NCBI RefSeq assembly: GCF_018350175.1
Contig: NC_058369.1
Span: 51,088,001-51,152,000, forward strand
Source of the DNA: Felis catus
Lineage: Eukaryota
Reading direction: 5' to 3'
DNA length: 64,000 bases
Shown: positions 44,595 to 57,400 of the stretch, one piece after another
How positions within the stretch are numbered: the first letter of the stretch is position 1
Layout of the letters: the number at the start of each line of letters is the position of its first letter
Position numbers and translations under genes: made by a program
Notes under the pieces: model-generated
The model's input: only the letters and a program-made list of their open reading frames with translations
Told to the model about the DNA's origin: nothing
The model's database searches: none

Positions 44595-44903
44595 TTTAGG
44601 TTTGCACTTTACAAAACCACAAGGGAGAAGTCCTTGAGGGAAAGAGGGGAGGGAGTGGGGGATAGTAAAGAGGGGGAAGCACAGAGTGGGCCTCAGGCCA
44701 GCCCAACAGGGCCTCCCATGTCCTGGTTGTACAGAGCTAGACCAACGACTTCAGGGAAGGGCCACAGACCTCTACAGACTGTCATCATTTGACATTAACA
44801 GGCAGTCACAGGCCTAGGGTTCCGGCAGGCCAAGGAAAGAAGTGGGCTCCCTAGCCCTCCTTCCCCCAGGCCAGGGGAAGACAGTCTGAGGCAGGGGTGA
44901 AGG

Positions 44904-46020
44904 CTACCCATCCAGCAGCTTTAGGATGCTCTCACGTTCCTTCAGAGTCTTCCAAGCCTGGTCCTTCTCCTTCTTGGTGGGGGTCCGCTTCTTCTGCCGG
45001 GCAGCCATGATCTTCCGGAAGGCATCCATGACCTCATTGTCTGCCATGCGGACCCGCTGTCTCAGCTCCTGCCGGCTTACTTCCTCCTTTGCCAGCCTGT
45101 AGGGACCAGCCAACCAAGGTGTCATGGGAAGCCCACCTCCATAGTGGGGTCCCTCTCCCTCTTCCATACTGAACCCACCTACCACCCCAGGATGGCACTC
45201 CTGTGGGCTGTTTCATACCAAAAAGCAAAGTTACTGACCCACACTTCTACGATACTATGTGCTAGTTACTACCTTAAGCCCTTCAAATATGTCAGCACAG
45301 TTAATCCTCATAACAGCCTTGTGAGGTAGGTACTATTATTCTGATATTACCAGTGATGAAAGAGGTCAAGGAGAATAAAAAACACTCCTAAATCCTACAG
45401 CTAGTGAGTAGGAGATCTGAACTAAGGCAGGCTGGCTCCACGCAATCATCTTTAAAAGGTATTCTAGTGTTAGCAGAAGACCTGCTGACTTCAGTATCCA
45501 AATTCCAGAGCAACCTAAGGGTCTAGGCATCCTGAGTGGGTGAGATGCCAAACCAACCCCTGTAAATGAAATCTGACCTATCAATTCCACTGTTGGTGGA
45601 ACTGGAAGGTGGCTTAGAGATGTGATCTAGTCCAATGTGTTAATTTTCCAGAAGGGGAAGCTGCTGCTCAGGGTAGGAGATACCTTGCTTAAGGCCCTGG
45701 AGCTGGTCAATAGCAGAGCTGAGGACTGGATTCTAGGCTTCTAACAACCCAAGCTAGTTCTTTCACTGTCCACTACCTTTTTTAGAAGTTTATTTGTTTA
45801 TTTTTAATGTTTTATTTATTCTTGAGACAGAGAGAGATAGAGCATGACCAGGGGAGGGGCAGAGAGAGAGGGAGACACAGAATCCAAAGCACCATCTGAG
45901 CTGTCAGCACAGAGCCCGACGCGGGGCTTGAACCCACAAACTGTGAGATCATGACCTGAGCTGAAGTTGTACACTTAACCAGCTGAGCCACCCAGGTGCT
46001 CCAGAAGTTTGTTTGTTTGT

Positions 46021-46051
<31 letters not shown>

Positions 46052-48794
46052 GAGAGAGAGAGTGCGAGAGAGCGCATGCGCACTCGAGTGGGGGTGAGGC
46101 AGAGAAATAGGGAGAGAGAGAGAGGTCCCAAGCAGCCTCCACACTGAGCTGGACGTGGGGCTCAATCTTGTGACCGCAAGATCATGACCTGAACCAAAAT
46201 CAAGAGTTGAATGCTTGACTGAGCCACCCAAGCACCCCAGTGTCCACTACTTCTATATCTGCACATCTTTGTTTCTCCCGCTCATTCAATCTTTCTCTCC
46301 TCTCCACCCCACTCAGTATCTCTTTCACCTGTTATTTTTCCTCTTCTTGTCCTTGCATGAAAGGGAACTAGAAACAGGTTTTGCATTCAGCCTTGGGCTC
46401 AAGTTGCAGCTTGGTTGTTGACTGGCTGTGTGACCTTCAGCAGAGTACTCACTTCATTGGCCCTTCACTTCCTCATCTAGTAAAGAGGTGAAATACCACC
46501 TACCCCCTGGACTGTAGTCCAGATTAAACAGGAGGATAAAGTCCCTGGCACACAGCAGGCACTCAGTAACCCTTATCCTTAAGCACTCCCTTAGCAGTTT
46601 GTCACCAAGCAGTTCCCTCTCCTTTTAATGGTGCACCTCTTTACCAATTACCTGCTTGTAGACCACAAGCTCTTTGCTGTCCCTCTTCCTAGCCCCCAGT
46701 ACAATGTGTAAGAGACAGGCAGAGCTGGCCAAATGCGTGTGCCCTGCCCTGTTGTGGCTCTGTGAGGCAAAGACATACACCTGCCCGTGAGAAGCAAGGA
46801 GGCTCAGTTGGACTTCTCTACCTCCCCTCAAAAAGGGCAACAACTACCATAATCTCCCTCCAGAGATCACCTATACTTTTGTCATGACCAATGCAGGGCA
46901 AGATGGATGGGAGTCAAAATGAAATGAAAGACATTCTGACTAATTTCTTAAAGAACTGATCCTAAAACAAGGCAATTTCCAGTGAAGAGCCAATAATATT
47001 CATGGATGTCCAACAAAATGTTAACAGTTGATAAATCTAGGTACAGAGTATATTGGCGTTTACCATACAACTCCTTCAGATGTTCTGTGTTTATGAAATT
47101 TTTCATAAAAATGTTAGAGGAAAAGAAGATAAGCATGAAAAGATTAAAAAAATAAACCATGCAACAATGTGAATATAGGTAATACCACTGAACTGTACTT
47201 TTTAAAATGGTACAGAGTCAATTTTATGTGTTTCTTTCACCACAATTATAAGTAGGTAAATAAATAAATCACAGATGTCTAAGCCTTAGAGTCTGTGGTA
47301 TCTGGCAATATTTTTTTTCAAGGCTCTCCTGGTGATTTAGAGGCCCTCCCAGGGAAGCCTATTGTAAAGTGCCCAGAAGGTGACCAGCAGCGACCAAAGC
47401 CTTCTCAGCCACTCCCAGGCCCATGCATCCCGTCCACACTAACCTCAGCAGGTCATGCTTTTTGGTGCGGTTGTGGGCACTGAGCGCCTTCAGCTCGGCC
47501 TGCCGTTTGCGCAGCTCTGCGAGGACCTCATCTTCCGAGTCCTCTGCGGGGCGGTCCTCAGACTCCAGCAGACCCTGGGCGATCAGCTCCTCCTTGATGC
47601 GGCTCTCCAGGGACTTGGTATGTGGTACACTACAGGAAGGTAGCGCTTAGCTCAAGGGCCAGCTTAGAGGGGGGACCCGAAAGGTTCCCAAGGCTAGTGA
47701 CACATTTCTTTCTCTTTGGGCACTCCCTATCTATCTAGGTATAAAAATATAGAGAAAATGTTACGAGCTGGAACCCTGAAACTCCTAGANNNNNNNNNNN
47801 NNNNNNNNNNNNNNNNNNNNNNNNNNNNNNNNNNNNNNNNNNNNNNNNNNNNNNNNNNNNNNNNNNNNNNNNNNNNNNNNNNNNNNNNNNNNNNNNNNNN
47901 NNNNNNNNNNNNNNNNNNNNNNNNNNNNNNNNNNNNNNNNNNNNNNNNNNNNNNNNNNNNNNAAGATATTGTAAACCATGTATCTGATTAGTTAATATCA
48001 AAAATAAAGAACTCATATAACTCAAAAGCAATAAACCTGCCCAATTAACAAATGGGCAAAGATCCTGAACAGACATTTCTCCAAAGAAGATACACAAAAC
48101 ACCAGTAGATACGTGAAAAGATGCTCAACATCCCTAGTTAAGGTTATCTTGCACCCCCATGNNNNNNNNNNNNNNNNNNNNNNNNNNNNNNNNNNNNNNN
48201 NNNNNNNNNNNNNNNNNNNNNNNNNNNNNNNNNNNNNNNNNNNNNNNNNNNNNNNNNNNNNNNNNNNNNNNNNNNNNNNNNNNNNNNNNNNNCTGTTATT
48301 CAGCCTTATAAAAACAAGGAAATCCTACCATTTGTGACAACATGGATAGACTCTGAATGCATTATGCTAACTGAAATAAGTCAGAGAAAGACAAATACAG
48401 TATGATCCCACTTATATGTGAAATCTAAAAAAAAAAGTTCATAGAAAGAAATCAGACTTTTCATTACCAGAGGAGGAGGGTGGGGGGAAGGGAATTGGGG
48501 GAAGGTGGTCAAAAGGTACAAACTTCTAGTTATGAATAAACACTGGGATATAATATGACTGTAGCTGACACTGTTGTATGTTATATACAAAGTTGTTAAG
48601 AGTGTAAATCCTGGAGCGCCTCGGTGGCTCAGTCAGTTAGGCATCCAACTCTTGGTTTTGGCTCAGGTCATGATCTCACGGTTTGTGAGCTTGAGCCCCA
48701 CATCAGGCTCTGCACTGACAGTGTGGAGCCTGCTTGAGATTCTCTCTCTCTCCCTCCCTCTGCCCCTCCCCTGCTCCCAATGTCTCTCTCAAAA

Positions 48795-48825
<31 letters not shown>

Positions 48826-49352
48826 GAGTGTAAATCCTAAGAGTTCTCATCACAGAATTTTTCTTTTCTTTTTATTGTGTCTATGAGAAGGTGGATGTCA
48901 GCTGAACATGTTGTGGTGATCATTTCACAACACACGTAATTTACACATGTAAAATCAGACCATGTACGTGTTTTGTACATTGTACATGTATACCTTAAAT
49001 TTATACAAGGACGTATGTCAATTTTTTCTCAATATTTTGGAAAAAATACAGAGAGACACACATGGTCTTATTTCAAACATAGGCCAACACATGTGAATTG
49101 TAAACAAATCTAGAAAAACCTATAATGCTAACAACTCAGAGAGAACCACTATTATTTACGTCACTACTATACACATTACTGTTATTTTGCTATTATTAAC
49201 ATTCCACATATAAAACTGTGTTTTATTAGGGGTGCCTGGGTGGCTCAGTCAGTTAAGTGTCTGACTCTTGGTTTCACTTAAGTCACGAATTTGTGGCTAG
49301 TAAACTTGAGCCTTGCATCGGCTCCATGCTGTCACTGTGGAGCCTGCTTCAG

Positions 49353-49399
<47 letters not shown>

Positions 49400-52300
49400 G
49401 GTCCTCCCCTGCTTGTACTCTTTCTCTCAAGATAAATGAACTTAAAAAATTTTTAAATATGTTTATATTTTGTTATATAATATTTATTTACTATCTATAT
49501 CCCAGATTTTGTCTCATGTCATTTCCTATCTTTTATATTATTCTAGTTTTCTACATACACACATTTAAATATATGATGAGTAAAAATAGGATCAAACTGT
49601 ATTGTGCTACAACTTTTTCTTCACTTAGCACTTTAGTGTTTACCTTTTTTCATGTCAATTAACTGTGTTTCTCAAAAACGATTAGTAGTTATAAGTAATT
49701 TCATCATATGGAGTTACATCAATTTAGCCAAACAATCCCTTTCAGTTGGACATTTAGGTTGTTTGTGGTATGAACAGGGCTATGATGAACAACCTGTACT
49801 TAAGTCTGTGCATGCAGAAATGCTGGGCCAGCATGCACATGTGAAACTTTCATTGGGCTTCATCTAAATGCCCTCAACCTCTCTCTTAATGAAGACCTTC
49901 CCATGTTAGGATAAAAGAAGTCAACAGAAGCAGGGACCAGATAGTAGGAACGTGNNNNNNNNNNNNNNNNNNNNNNNNNNNNNNNNNNNNNNNNNNNNNN
50001 NNNNNNNNNNNNNNNNNNNNNNNNNNNNNNNNNNNNNNNNNNNNNNNNNNNNNNNNNNNNNNNNNNNNNNNNNNNNNNNNNNNNNNNNNNNNNNNNNNNN
50101 NNGACAGAAAAAAAAAAAAGAAATGGGAGGGAGAGAGTAAGAGCTGTAATATTTCCATTTTCTTGCTCCTCCCTGACCTACAGTCAGAGTCTTCAGTCTT
50201 CACAGACCAGAAATATTCTTTCATTGCTCCCATCGCTCTGGAAGCCTTCCCAAACTGATTCCAGGAAGCTCTGATCATTTTAGAAATGCCTCTTTTGTAC
50301 TGATACCAAAAGAAGACAACACAGAAGAGCAATGAGAAAACACTCAACCACAGTAAAGAGAAGAGCCAAGGTTTGTTAAGCGTTTGGAATGTATGTTAAG
50401 CACGTTGTGACAGAGGCTGCTGGCTGTCCAGCTACACTACATTTCCCAGACTTCCTTGTGGTCAGATGTGGCCATGTGACAAACTCTCTCCAGTGGAAAG
50501 CGATCAGAAGAGATAAGAGCCACAGCCAGTCATGGCCATAAACCCCATAAACTTTCCTTCACACATTCTTCCTTGCTCTTTTTCTGTGGGCTTGGAGTAG
50601 TAATCATACCCAGAATGACCTTGTGCAGAGCAGGTTTAGGGTGGCAAAACCATCACAGATGGGGTCCTTGTCTGATGGGGTGGGGCTGAGATCTCTCCCC
50701 TCCCCCACCTCAGCCAACCTGGAACACGTGGCCCAGACTGTTACACGAGAGAGAAAAACACTACTGTGTTTGAGCCAGGGAGAAAACTAAGGCTCAGTGA
50801 GGTGAAAGGATGTGTCTAAGGCCAGATAGTGGGCATAAAGAAAGGGACTCTTTCTTGGGGTTTGAATCCTGCTTCTGTTTATTAGCTGCATGACTCCAAG
50901 CAAACAGTTCCTTTTTCTGAGCCTCTATCTTCTAGTATGTAACATGGAGCAAACCACTGTCCTTGCCTCAACAAAAGGATGCGTGGAAAGCCCCTTGCAC
51001 AGGGGTCAGCCCTTAGCCAACATTCAGCAAAAGTAACTGTGGTATAGTGGCTACTTCTGGGAGAGGTTACAGACGGGGGGGGGGGGGGGGGGGGGTGGAC
51101 ACAAGAGAGGCTTGTGTAGGATATTGGATTGGCAAGCTTTGTTTCTGTTAGGCTATACATACATGTGTGCTCATATATGAAAATTTACCAATTTATACAT
51201 GTAATATCTCTGCACCTTTATAAATATGTGATATACTTCAAAAGAAAATAAAACATTAAAACAGAAAGCATGCATAATTCTGTCTTGAGTTAGGATGCTC
51301 ACCTCCACCAGGGCCTGTAGGAGGCGCTGTGTCAGAGCACCAAATGGGCACCCATCTTCGGGCTGTTCATGCTGGGCCTCAGATTTCTTCAGCAGGGCAT
51401 CCACATCTGAAGTAGACAGAGAAGTGGTACACAGGTGGGCTGAGTTCTTCTGGGAACTCAAGTCCTGGCCTGGTGTAGGCAGGAAGGCGAGGGACCTACC
51501 TTTAGTGTCCAGTTCGGTCAGTGGCCCCATAAGGCCTTTCTTCTTGTCTGCCACGGCTGCTGCCCGGGCCCCATCCTTCTGTTCCTCCAGCAGGTCCTCC
51601 TGTGCCCAGCGTTGGGAGTAGTGCTTCCCCAAGGGTGGGATCTGGTGGGGAGATGCCACCCGGCCCAAAAAGGGTAAACACTGGCAAGCCATGCCTGGGG
51701 TTGGTAGGGGCTCTCTGCGCATTTTGGGCACTGCCAAAAAGCTCATGATTCGCTCCTTCACTTATCTGTCTCCAAGTACCTACCCCAGGGCCGAAGCCTA
51801 TGCTTTGCATAGATGGGAAGAAACAAAGGAGATAAAAATCTATATGCTCACAGTCTGGTAAGGGAGACAGGTACATAATGAACTAAGACACACACAGGGG
51901 CCAGTATGGAAAATTTCCAAGATACAGGTGCAGAATGGTATGTGTACATGGACCATCTCAAGTCACAGCTATTGTCTCTAGAAAGAATTAGGAAGCTTAG
52001 GGTCAGGAGAGGAAATTGTCTTTTGTATTACTTGAATTTACTACTGCCTATATGGACTACCTTTTCAAATAAATTCTTTTTTCAAGTAAGTTTTTTAAAA
52101 ATTCAAAGAACTGACGTGCTAGAGGTAGGTCAAGGTGCTGTGGCACATAAAAGAGAAATTTTCTGCAAGCAATCTGCAAAGGCATTTTGGCGGAGATAAG
52201 AGATCAGTGCTTTGAAGGATGAGCTAGTTTGCCAAGGGAAAAGGAGGAGCATGTACAGAGGCCCAGAGACCAGCAAGGATCCTGTGTGGGCCTAGAGTGA

Positions 52301-55173
52301 GGGTAAGGTGCTTGTCGGGGCTGGTAAATGCAGCAGTGAGGAGGGGGAATGACTGAGGAAACTGGAGACGGGTGGTGGGTCTGTGTCACCAAGGACCAAA
52401 CTACTTGGAATCAATCTTGTGCCAAAGAGGAGCCAGAGGAGGCCTGGGAACAGGGCTGTGTCACATCTGATCATGACAGCTGGACTATGGGAGAGTTCTC
52501 CCAAACACTTCTCTTATTTTCTACATTTTCTTTGATGGAAACTGTTTTATTTACATCATAAGAAACCTAACTTTTACATACTACAGAAAGAAAAAAAAAG
52601 TCCCTTTGGAGACAGGGAACTGTCTTGACACCACTTGGGACAAAAACTGATGAAGTCTTGAATCAAAGCAGAGGGGCACCTGGGTGGCTCAGCTGGTGAA
52701 GCGTTTGACTTTAACTCAGGTCATGATCTCACCATTCCTGAGTTCAAGCTCCGACTGAGGCTCTGTGCTGACAGCTCTGAGCCTGGAGTCTGCTTCAGAT
52801 TCTGTGTCTCCCTCTCTCTCTGCCCCTTCCCCACTCGCATTCTGTCTCTCTCTCCCAAAAATAAACAAACGTTAAAAAAAAAAAAGCAGAGGGGATGGAG
52901 ATGTTGGTACAAAGAACAGCCTCACTGAAGGAGATCCATTAGGATGTATGTGGTGATCATTTGGAGGATATAGAGAGGAAATAATGCAAGAAGAAAGCTG
53001 ACAATTAGAGCCAGGGTGCCTGGGTGGGTTAATGCGTTAGATAGGAGGGTGGGCAGGGTGGGGGAAGGAAGAAGATACATGACTTTGAGATCTCTGATTT
53101 TGAGGCACTTCTCGAGTCCTCTAGTTTGTCACCATGTCTACTAAGGTCCAATCTTTCTACCTTGTAATGTTCAGCTTCATCTTCTGGTGGTTTCAGTAGT
53201 TCTTCTAGTGTGCGTACCTCCTCACTGGTAATATCAGCACAGTAGGGCTCCACCGAAGCCCAGAACCTGCAGGGAGAAGCAGATCCTGAATGGGAACCTC
53301 CTGTCCCACCAGCCTCAGTCCCAGACCCCTCCACAGCCTTTACTATTTGAATCCAAAGGCCCCTCTATGTTCTCTGGCCCGGAACCTGTTGGGCGCATCA
53401 TTCTTGGGGATCCGTGGCACGTCAATTGGGTCATCAGTGAATTCATATTCCTGGATCTTGGGCTGAAGGTTTTTGGATTTGGGCCGTCCGGGGCCAGGGC
53501 CAGGCCCATGTCCCGCTTTTCCTTCCAGTTTCTGCTTCTTCGGCTTCCCATGTTTGGGGGGAGCTCCAAGCTCGTGGTCTCGACCCAGCTTCAGGAATCG
53601 GCGATCACCTTTCTTATCTTGCCAGTCAGTGAGGATCTGAAATTTACAGAGGACTGTCACTGAGAGGGAGAAAGGAAATGAGAGGACAATTCCTTCTCCT
53701 AGTGAAGAATTAGGATCTAGAACTTGAGAAGACTCCAAGGTCTTTTTATTTACCCATCTCCTGTTTAGTAAACTCCTAAGCATCCTTCAAAACTCAGCTC
53801 CTTTTCTGTGCCTGCCTCACAGAACTTTATTCATATACTTGTCATCATTCCATTCATTTGTCTGTATTGACTCACCTCTGTATCACCCAAACCACTTACA
53901 GTATTTAGGTCAAACAAATGATCATGCCCTAGTGCATGTTAGCACTGGAATATGCTGGTGGTAACTTTCAGGGGAATGCAAACAAGCCTCCCAGCAAACC
54001 TTCACTTCAAATGTCACCACAACTGGGAAGCCTTCTCGACATCAGTTACCCAGCCCTTTAGAAGCTATAATACAACTGATTATGCCACAGCCCTGATCAA
54101 AAAGCTTCAGTGCACTTCCAGGGATCACAAGTTAACTATTCATCCTTTGAGCTCCAATTAAAAAGGCCTCTTTGTGTCTCTGACACTTTGTACCTCCACT
54201 GCAGGCCCAATTGTGTTGTTTGGTCAACCTGGAATGAACAGGATACCTTGTCTTTTCAACTAGACTATAAGCTACTGGAGACCAGAAAACTTATCTTAAC
54301 TATCTCTGTTCCCCAGGATCTGGCATAGTATCTGGCCCACGGGGCTGAGGGGATATTTATGTTGTCAACAGAAATCATCAGAGTAGTACCAAATAACATT
54401 TGAAATACTCAGTGTCAGACATCAACCAATGTTTTGCCAAAGTATCTCTTTTAATCTTCACAAAAGCTCTCAGGCACCTCCTATGATTCATCCCTGTTTG
54501 CAGATTTGGAACTGATGCTCAGAGATAGGAGGAAACTGTCCCAAAATCATACAGCTAGGAAACAGCAACACTAGCAAGTGCTTAGGCCAGGATTCAAATA
54601 CAGGTCTCCTCAGTCCCGTTCCTTTAGTACTTCTAACCATAACCAACATCACCTGTATTTGTCTGACCTCCCTTTCCCTTTAGTTGGCAAACTCCCTGAA
54701 GACCAGAAGTGTCCTAATAATTACTTCTAATGACTAGCACCAAAAACATAATGGGGGTTCAGAGGTCAGTAAATTAGAAATCTTGAAATTTATGAGGATT
54801 GTGCACATTCTTGTGTATTCTACATGTCACCCGAGCCCAGTTTAGGCCTCTCCTCACCCCTCTAAGCTCCTGTATCTCAAGGCCTCAGCTGGTGGGGCTA
54901 ACTCAATGACCCATCCCATAACTTGTCACAGTCCACCCTGGTGATATCCTCTCTGTAGGGTATCACCTGGGTTTCAGCCTCGAGAACCCGTAGGCGCCGG
55001 CTGGCAGAGGAAAGTAGGGTCTCAAGCTCCAGCTGCAGAGTGTCCAGCTCCTCAATGCCGATGCCATCATCCTCAGAGCGGGCCAGCACTGCCGTGTAGC
55101 GTGGACAAACCTTCAGGTGGTCCACAGACTTGAAGTCATGGAACTGCAAGGGGCAGTCCTTCAGTTCACTCAT
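44904..55173 (-). CDS. TADA3: Transcriptional adapter 3 (SAGA/ATAC HAT module subunit), 432 aa expected
   Basis: Coding exons, minus strand: 54967-55173 ([26 protein letters not shown]), 53386-53636, 53161-53266, 51500-51641, 51303-51406, [110-nt exon presumed in gap 49955-50102, with a polypyrimidine tract abutting the gap], 47444-47629, 44904-45096 (…ILKLLDG*). Sum with a 110-nt missing exon = 1299 nt. Confidence 0.97.
45777..46240 (-). mobile_element. Two nested CAN-SINEs (inner 45800-46002 inserted in the tail of the outer)
   Basis: Outer TSD tgtccactac (45767 and 46241); inner TSD agaagttt(a/g)tttgttt (45784 and 46003). Confidence 0.88.
47963..49040 (+). mobile_element. L1 3' fragment (ORF2 end and 3'UTR) in TADA3 intron 7, interrupted by gaps and a SINE
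   Basis: aaatgggcaaagatcctgaacagacatttctccaaagaagataca…; atttgtgacaacatggatagactctgaatgcattatgctaactgaaataagtcagag… are typical L1 motifs. Confidence 0.85.
48613..48823 (+). mobile_element. CAN-SINE inserted in the L1
   Basis: TSD aagagtgtaaatcct on both sides; long poly(A). Confidence 0.92.
49227..49450 (+). mobile_element. CAN-SINE with (CT)n
   Basis: ggggtgcctgggtggctcagtcagttaagtgtctgactc head. Confidence 0.88.
51075..51095. repeat. G21 homopolymer, TADA3 intron 6
   Basis: Read directly. Confidence 0.9.
52674..52882 (+). mobile_element. SINEC_Fc-like element
   Basis: TSD aaagcagagggg; near-consensus body with acagctctgagcctggagtc. Confidence 0.9.
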
Positions 55174-55729
55174 GGCCCAGGATACGGGACCCTGTGGAAC
55201 TGGAGAGAAGAGAGCCATGGATAGGAGATAAAATGGGACAAGAAAAGTCTAAGAGCTCCCTCCATCTAGGGACAGTTTCAAGGGGAAAACCAGGCTTCAG
55301 TACCCTATTGACAAGGTCAATGGCACAGCTCCTACTCAGAGAGCCCTTACTGTGCATTAAGCTAAGGGCAGACGTTTTACTGGTTTCTCATCAATTCCTC
55401 ACCCAACCCCATAAGCAGGGACAATGGTGACCTACACTTTACAGATAAGGAAACTCAGACTCCAAGGATTTTACCTGCCCAAGTTTACCAAGATGCAATC
55501 TGAATCCAGGTAGTTTTGAGTCTGTGTCACTAATTACCATGATATACTATGCCCTGTCTTTCTGATGCTCTTCTGTTCTCCACTTGGGTTCTGCTAAGCC
55601 CCTGAACTCCAAACATCCATTCTTACAATGTTAATGTTCTCTGTGCCTCCCAGCCTCTCCTTGTCTCACCCCTTCCATCTTTGTCCCTTCTCTTTGCCCC
55701 TGACAGTGGTTAAGAATGTGGGATGGTAA

Positions 55730-55950
55730 GGGGTGCCTGGGTAGCTCAGTTGGTTAAGCATCTGACTTTGATTCTGGTCATGATCTCCCGGTCAGGGTTC
55801 AAGACCCAGGTTGGGCACTGTTCTGACAGCTTGGAACCTGGAACCTGCCTCGGATTCTGTGTCTCCCTCTCTCTCTCTCTGCCCCTCCCCCTCTTGTGCT
55901 CTGTGTGTCTCCCTCAAAAATAAACATTAAGAAGTTAAAAAAAAAAAAAA
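55730..55950 (+). mobile_element. SINEC_Fc-like element inserted in a MIR
   Basis: TSD-like aagaa(t/c)gtggg; poly(A) tail. Confidence 0.88.
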
Positions 55951-56239
55951 AAGAACGTGGGCTGATAAACAGGACATACCTGGGTTCAAGCCCAGCCTTT
56001 TACCATTTCCTATTTACATAGCTCTGATTATGTTTTTTAATCTTCCTGAGTCTCGATTTTCCCATCTACAAAATGGGGACAAAAGAAATCTGAGTCTGTT
56101 TCCCCATAGAAGTCTGAATTTGTAAAATGGGGATCACAATAGTACCTACCTCCCCGGGATGTTCTGAGGATTAAGAGAGGATGCTCGTCAAGAGCCCAGT
56201 TCAGTGCCTGACACAGAAGTGCGCCTGTTTAATGTCTGG

Positions 56240-57400
56240 CCCCTCCCGTGGGTCGCCCCAGTGACTCGCCTTCAGGGTCCCCGTCCTCCAGGGACCCCCT
56301 AACGCGGCCCCTGCCCCCTCTACCTCCTCACTGCAGCCTCCTGCAGCCTCCTACGGCCCCCAGGCCGCGGGAGGGGTTGGGGAGTTCCGGTTGGTGGGAG
56401 CAACCGCCCCGGAACTGGCTAGGGGCGGGCCCCCTGCAGAAGACGCGCGGGTGGGAGACGCGAGGGAGAGCCCAATATGGCTTGCGGGGAAGGGTTTGCA
56501 GGCCGCGAGCGAGCCCACTGCAGGTGGGATGGGGGCGGGGGTATGCCTCGGGCCTACTCTGGGGAACAGCCGGAGGCTGGGGGCGGGGCTCGGCAGCCGG
56601 GATCTTCGCCCGGCAGTTAGTTCCGCCGTGCCCCAGGGGCTGCAGGTAGGAGGGGCCCAGAGAAAAGATAGGGGCGCGGAACCGGAAGGAACGAAGAGCT
56701 CCTCTGCCTCGCCTTGTCCTAATATGGTGCCCAACCTGAGGCCGGGCTGCACCATTGCCTGACTATGGGGAAAGACAGCAAAGACGACAAGAAGGCCAAA
56801 GTCACAAGCGAGAGCTACACTCATAACGGGATAGGCTTGAGTATTGATCTGAAGCTTCAGGAGTCTAAAAATACCGAGGCAGTCCTAGCGGAGAAACTTC
56901 AAAAGGACCAAGTGCTCCTAGGCTCCCCCTTCTCCGCTCGGAGCATAGATGGTACCTTCCGGAAGTCCGGGCGGAGACTGAGGTTGCGCGTCTCGCGAAA
57001 GGGCTGGCGTCGCGGGGCTGGCCACTTCCGCACTTCCGCTTTCCGGCCCAGCCAGCGCCCGCGATGGTGAGAGAGCCGGGCCCCGGGCCAGGGACCCCCC
57101 GCTGTTTTGCCTCAAAGCTCTGGGTCTGGGGGAGATGCGGTTTTGCAACGGAGAGGCCCGGGGCCGAGGGATGCTGTGGGGTGTGGGGGCGCGATGAGGC
57201 TGGGAGAAAGAGGGCGGGGCGGGAGCCAAAGTGAGGAAGGGGCGAGCGGGGGACGCTCTCCTAAGAAGCAGGCCTTGCAGCTTCATGGTCTGGCTTTTGA
57301 TGCAGGTGGGGAATTGTGAGGCATGGAGGACGCCGGAAGTGGGGCTGGTGATAGCGCCTCGAAGACACGTAGTAGGCCTCACTGCCCACAGTAGGGGAGC
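56240..57400. promoter_or_regulatory. Bidirectional CpG-island promoter shared by TADA3 (-) and ARPC4 (+)
   Basis: Head-to-head genes. Palindromic ETS site CTTCCGGAAG at 56956-56965, TCTCGCGAAA at 56991-57000, and three tandem ETS cores at 57023-57046. Confidence 0.85.
56324..56900 (-). other. TADA3: TADA3 non-coding exon 1 (5' end approximate)
   Basis: Minus-strand donor GAG|GTAGAG at 56324/56323 within the CpG island. Exon 2 acceptor lies at 55192-55193. The TSS was not determined. Confidence 0.5.
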
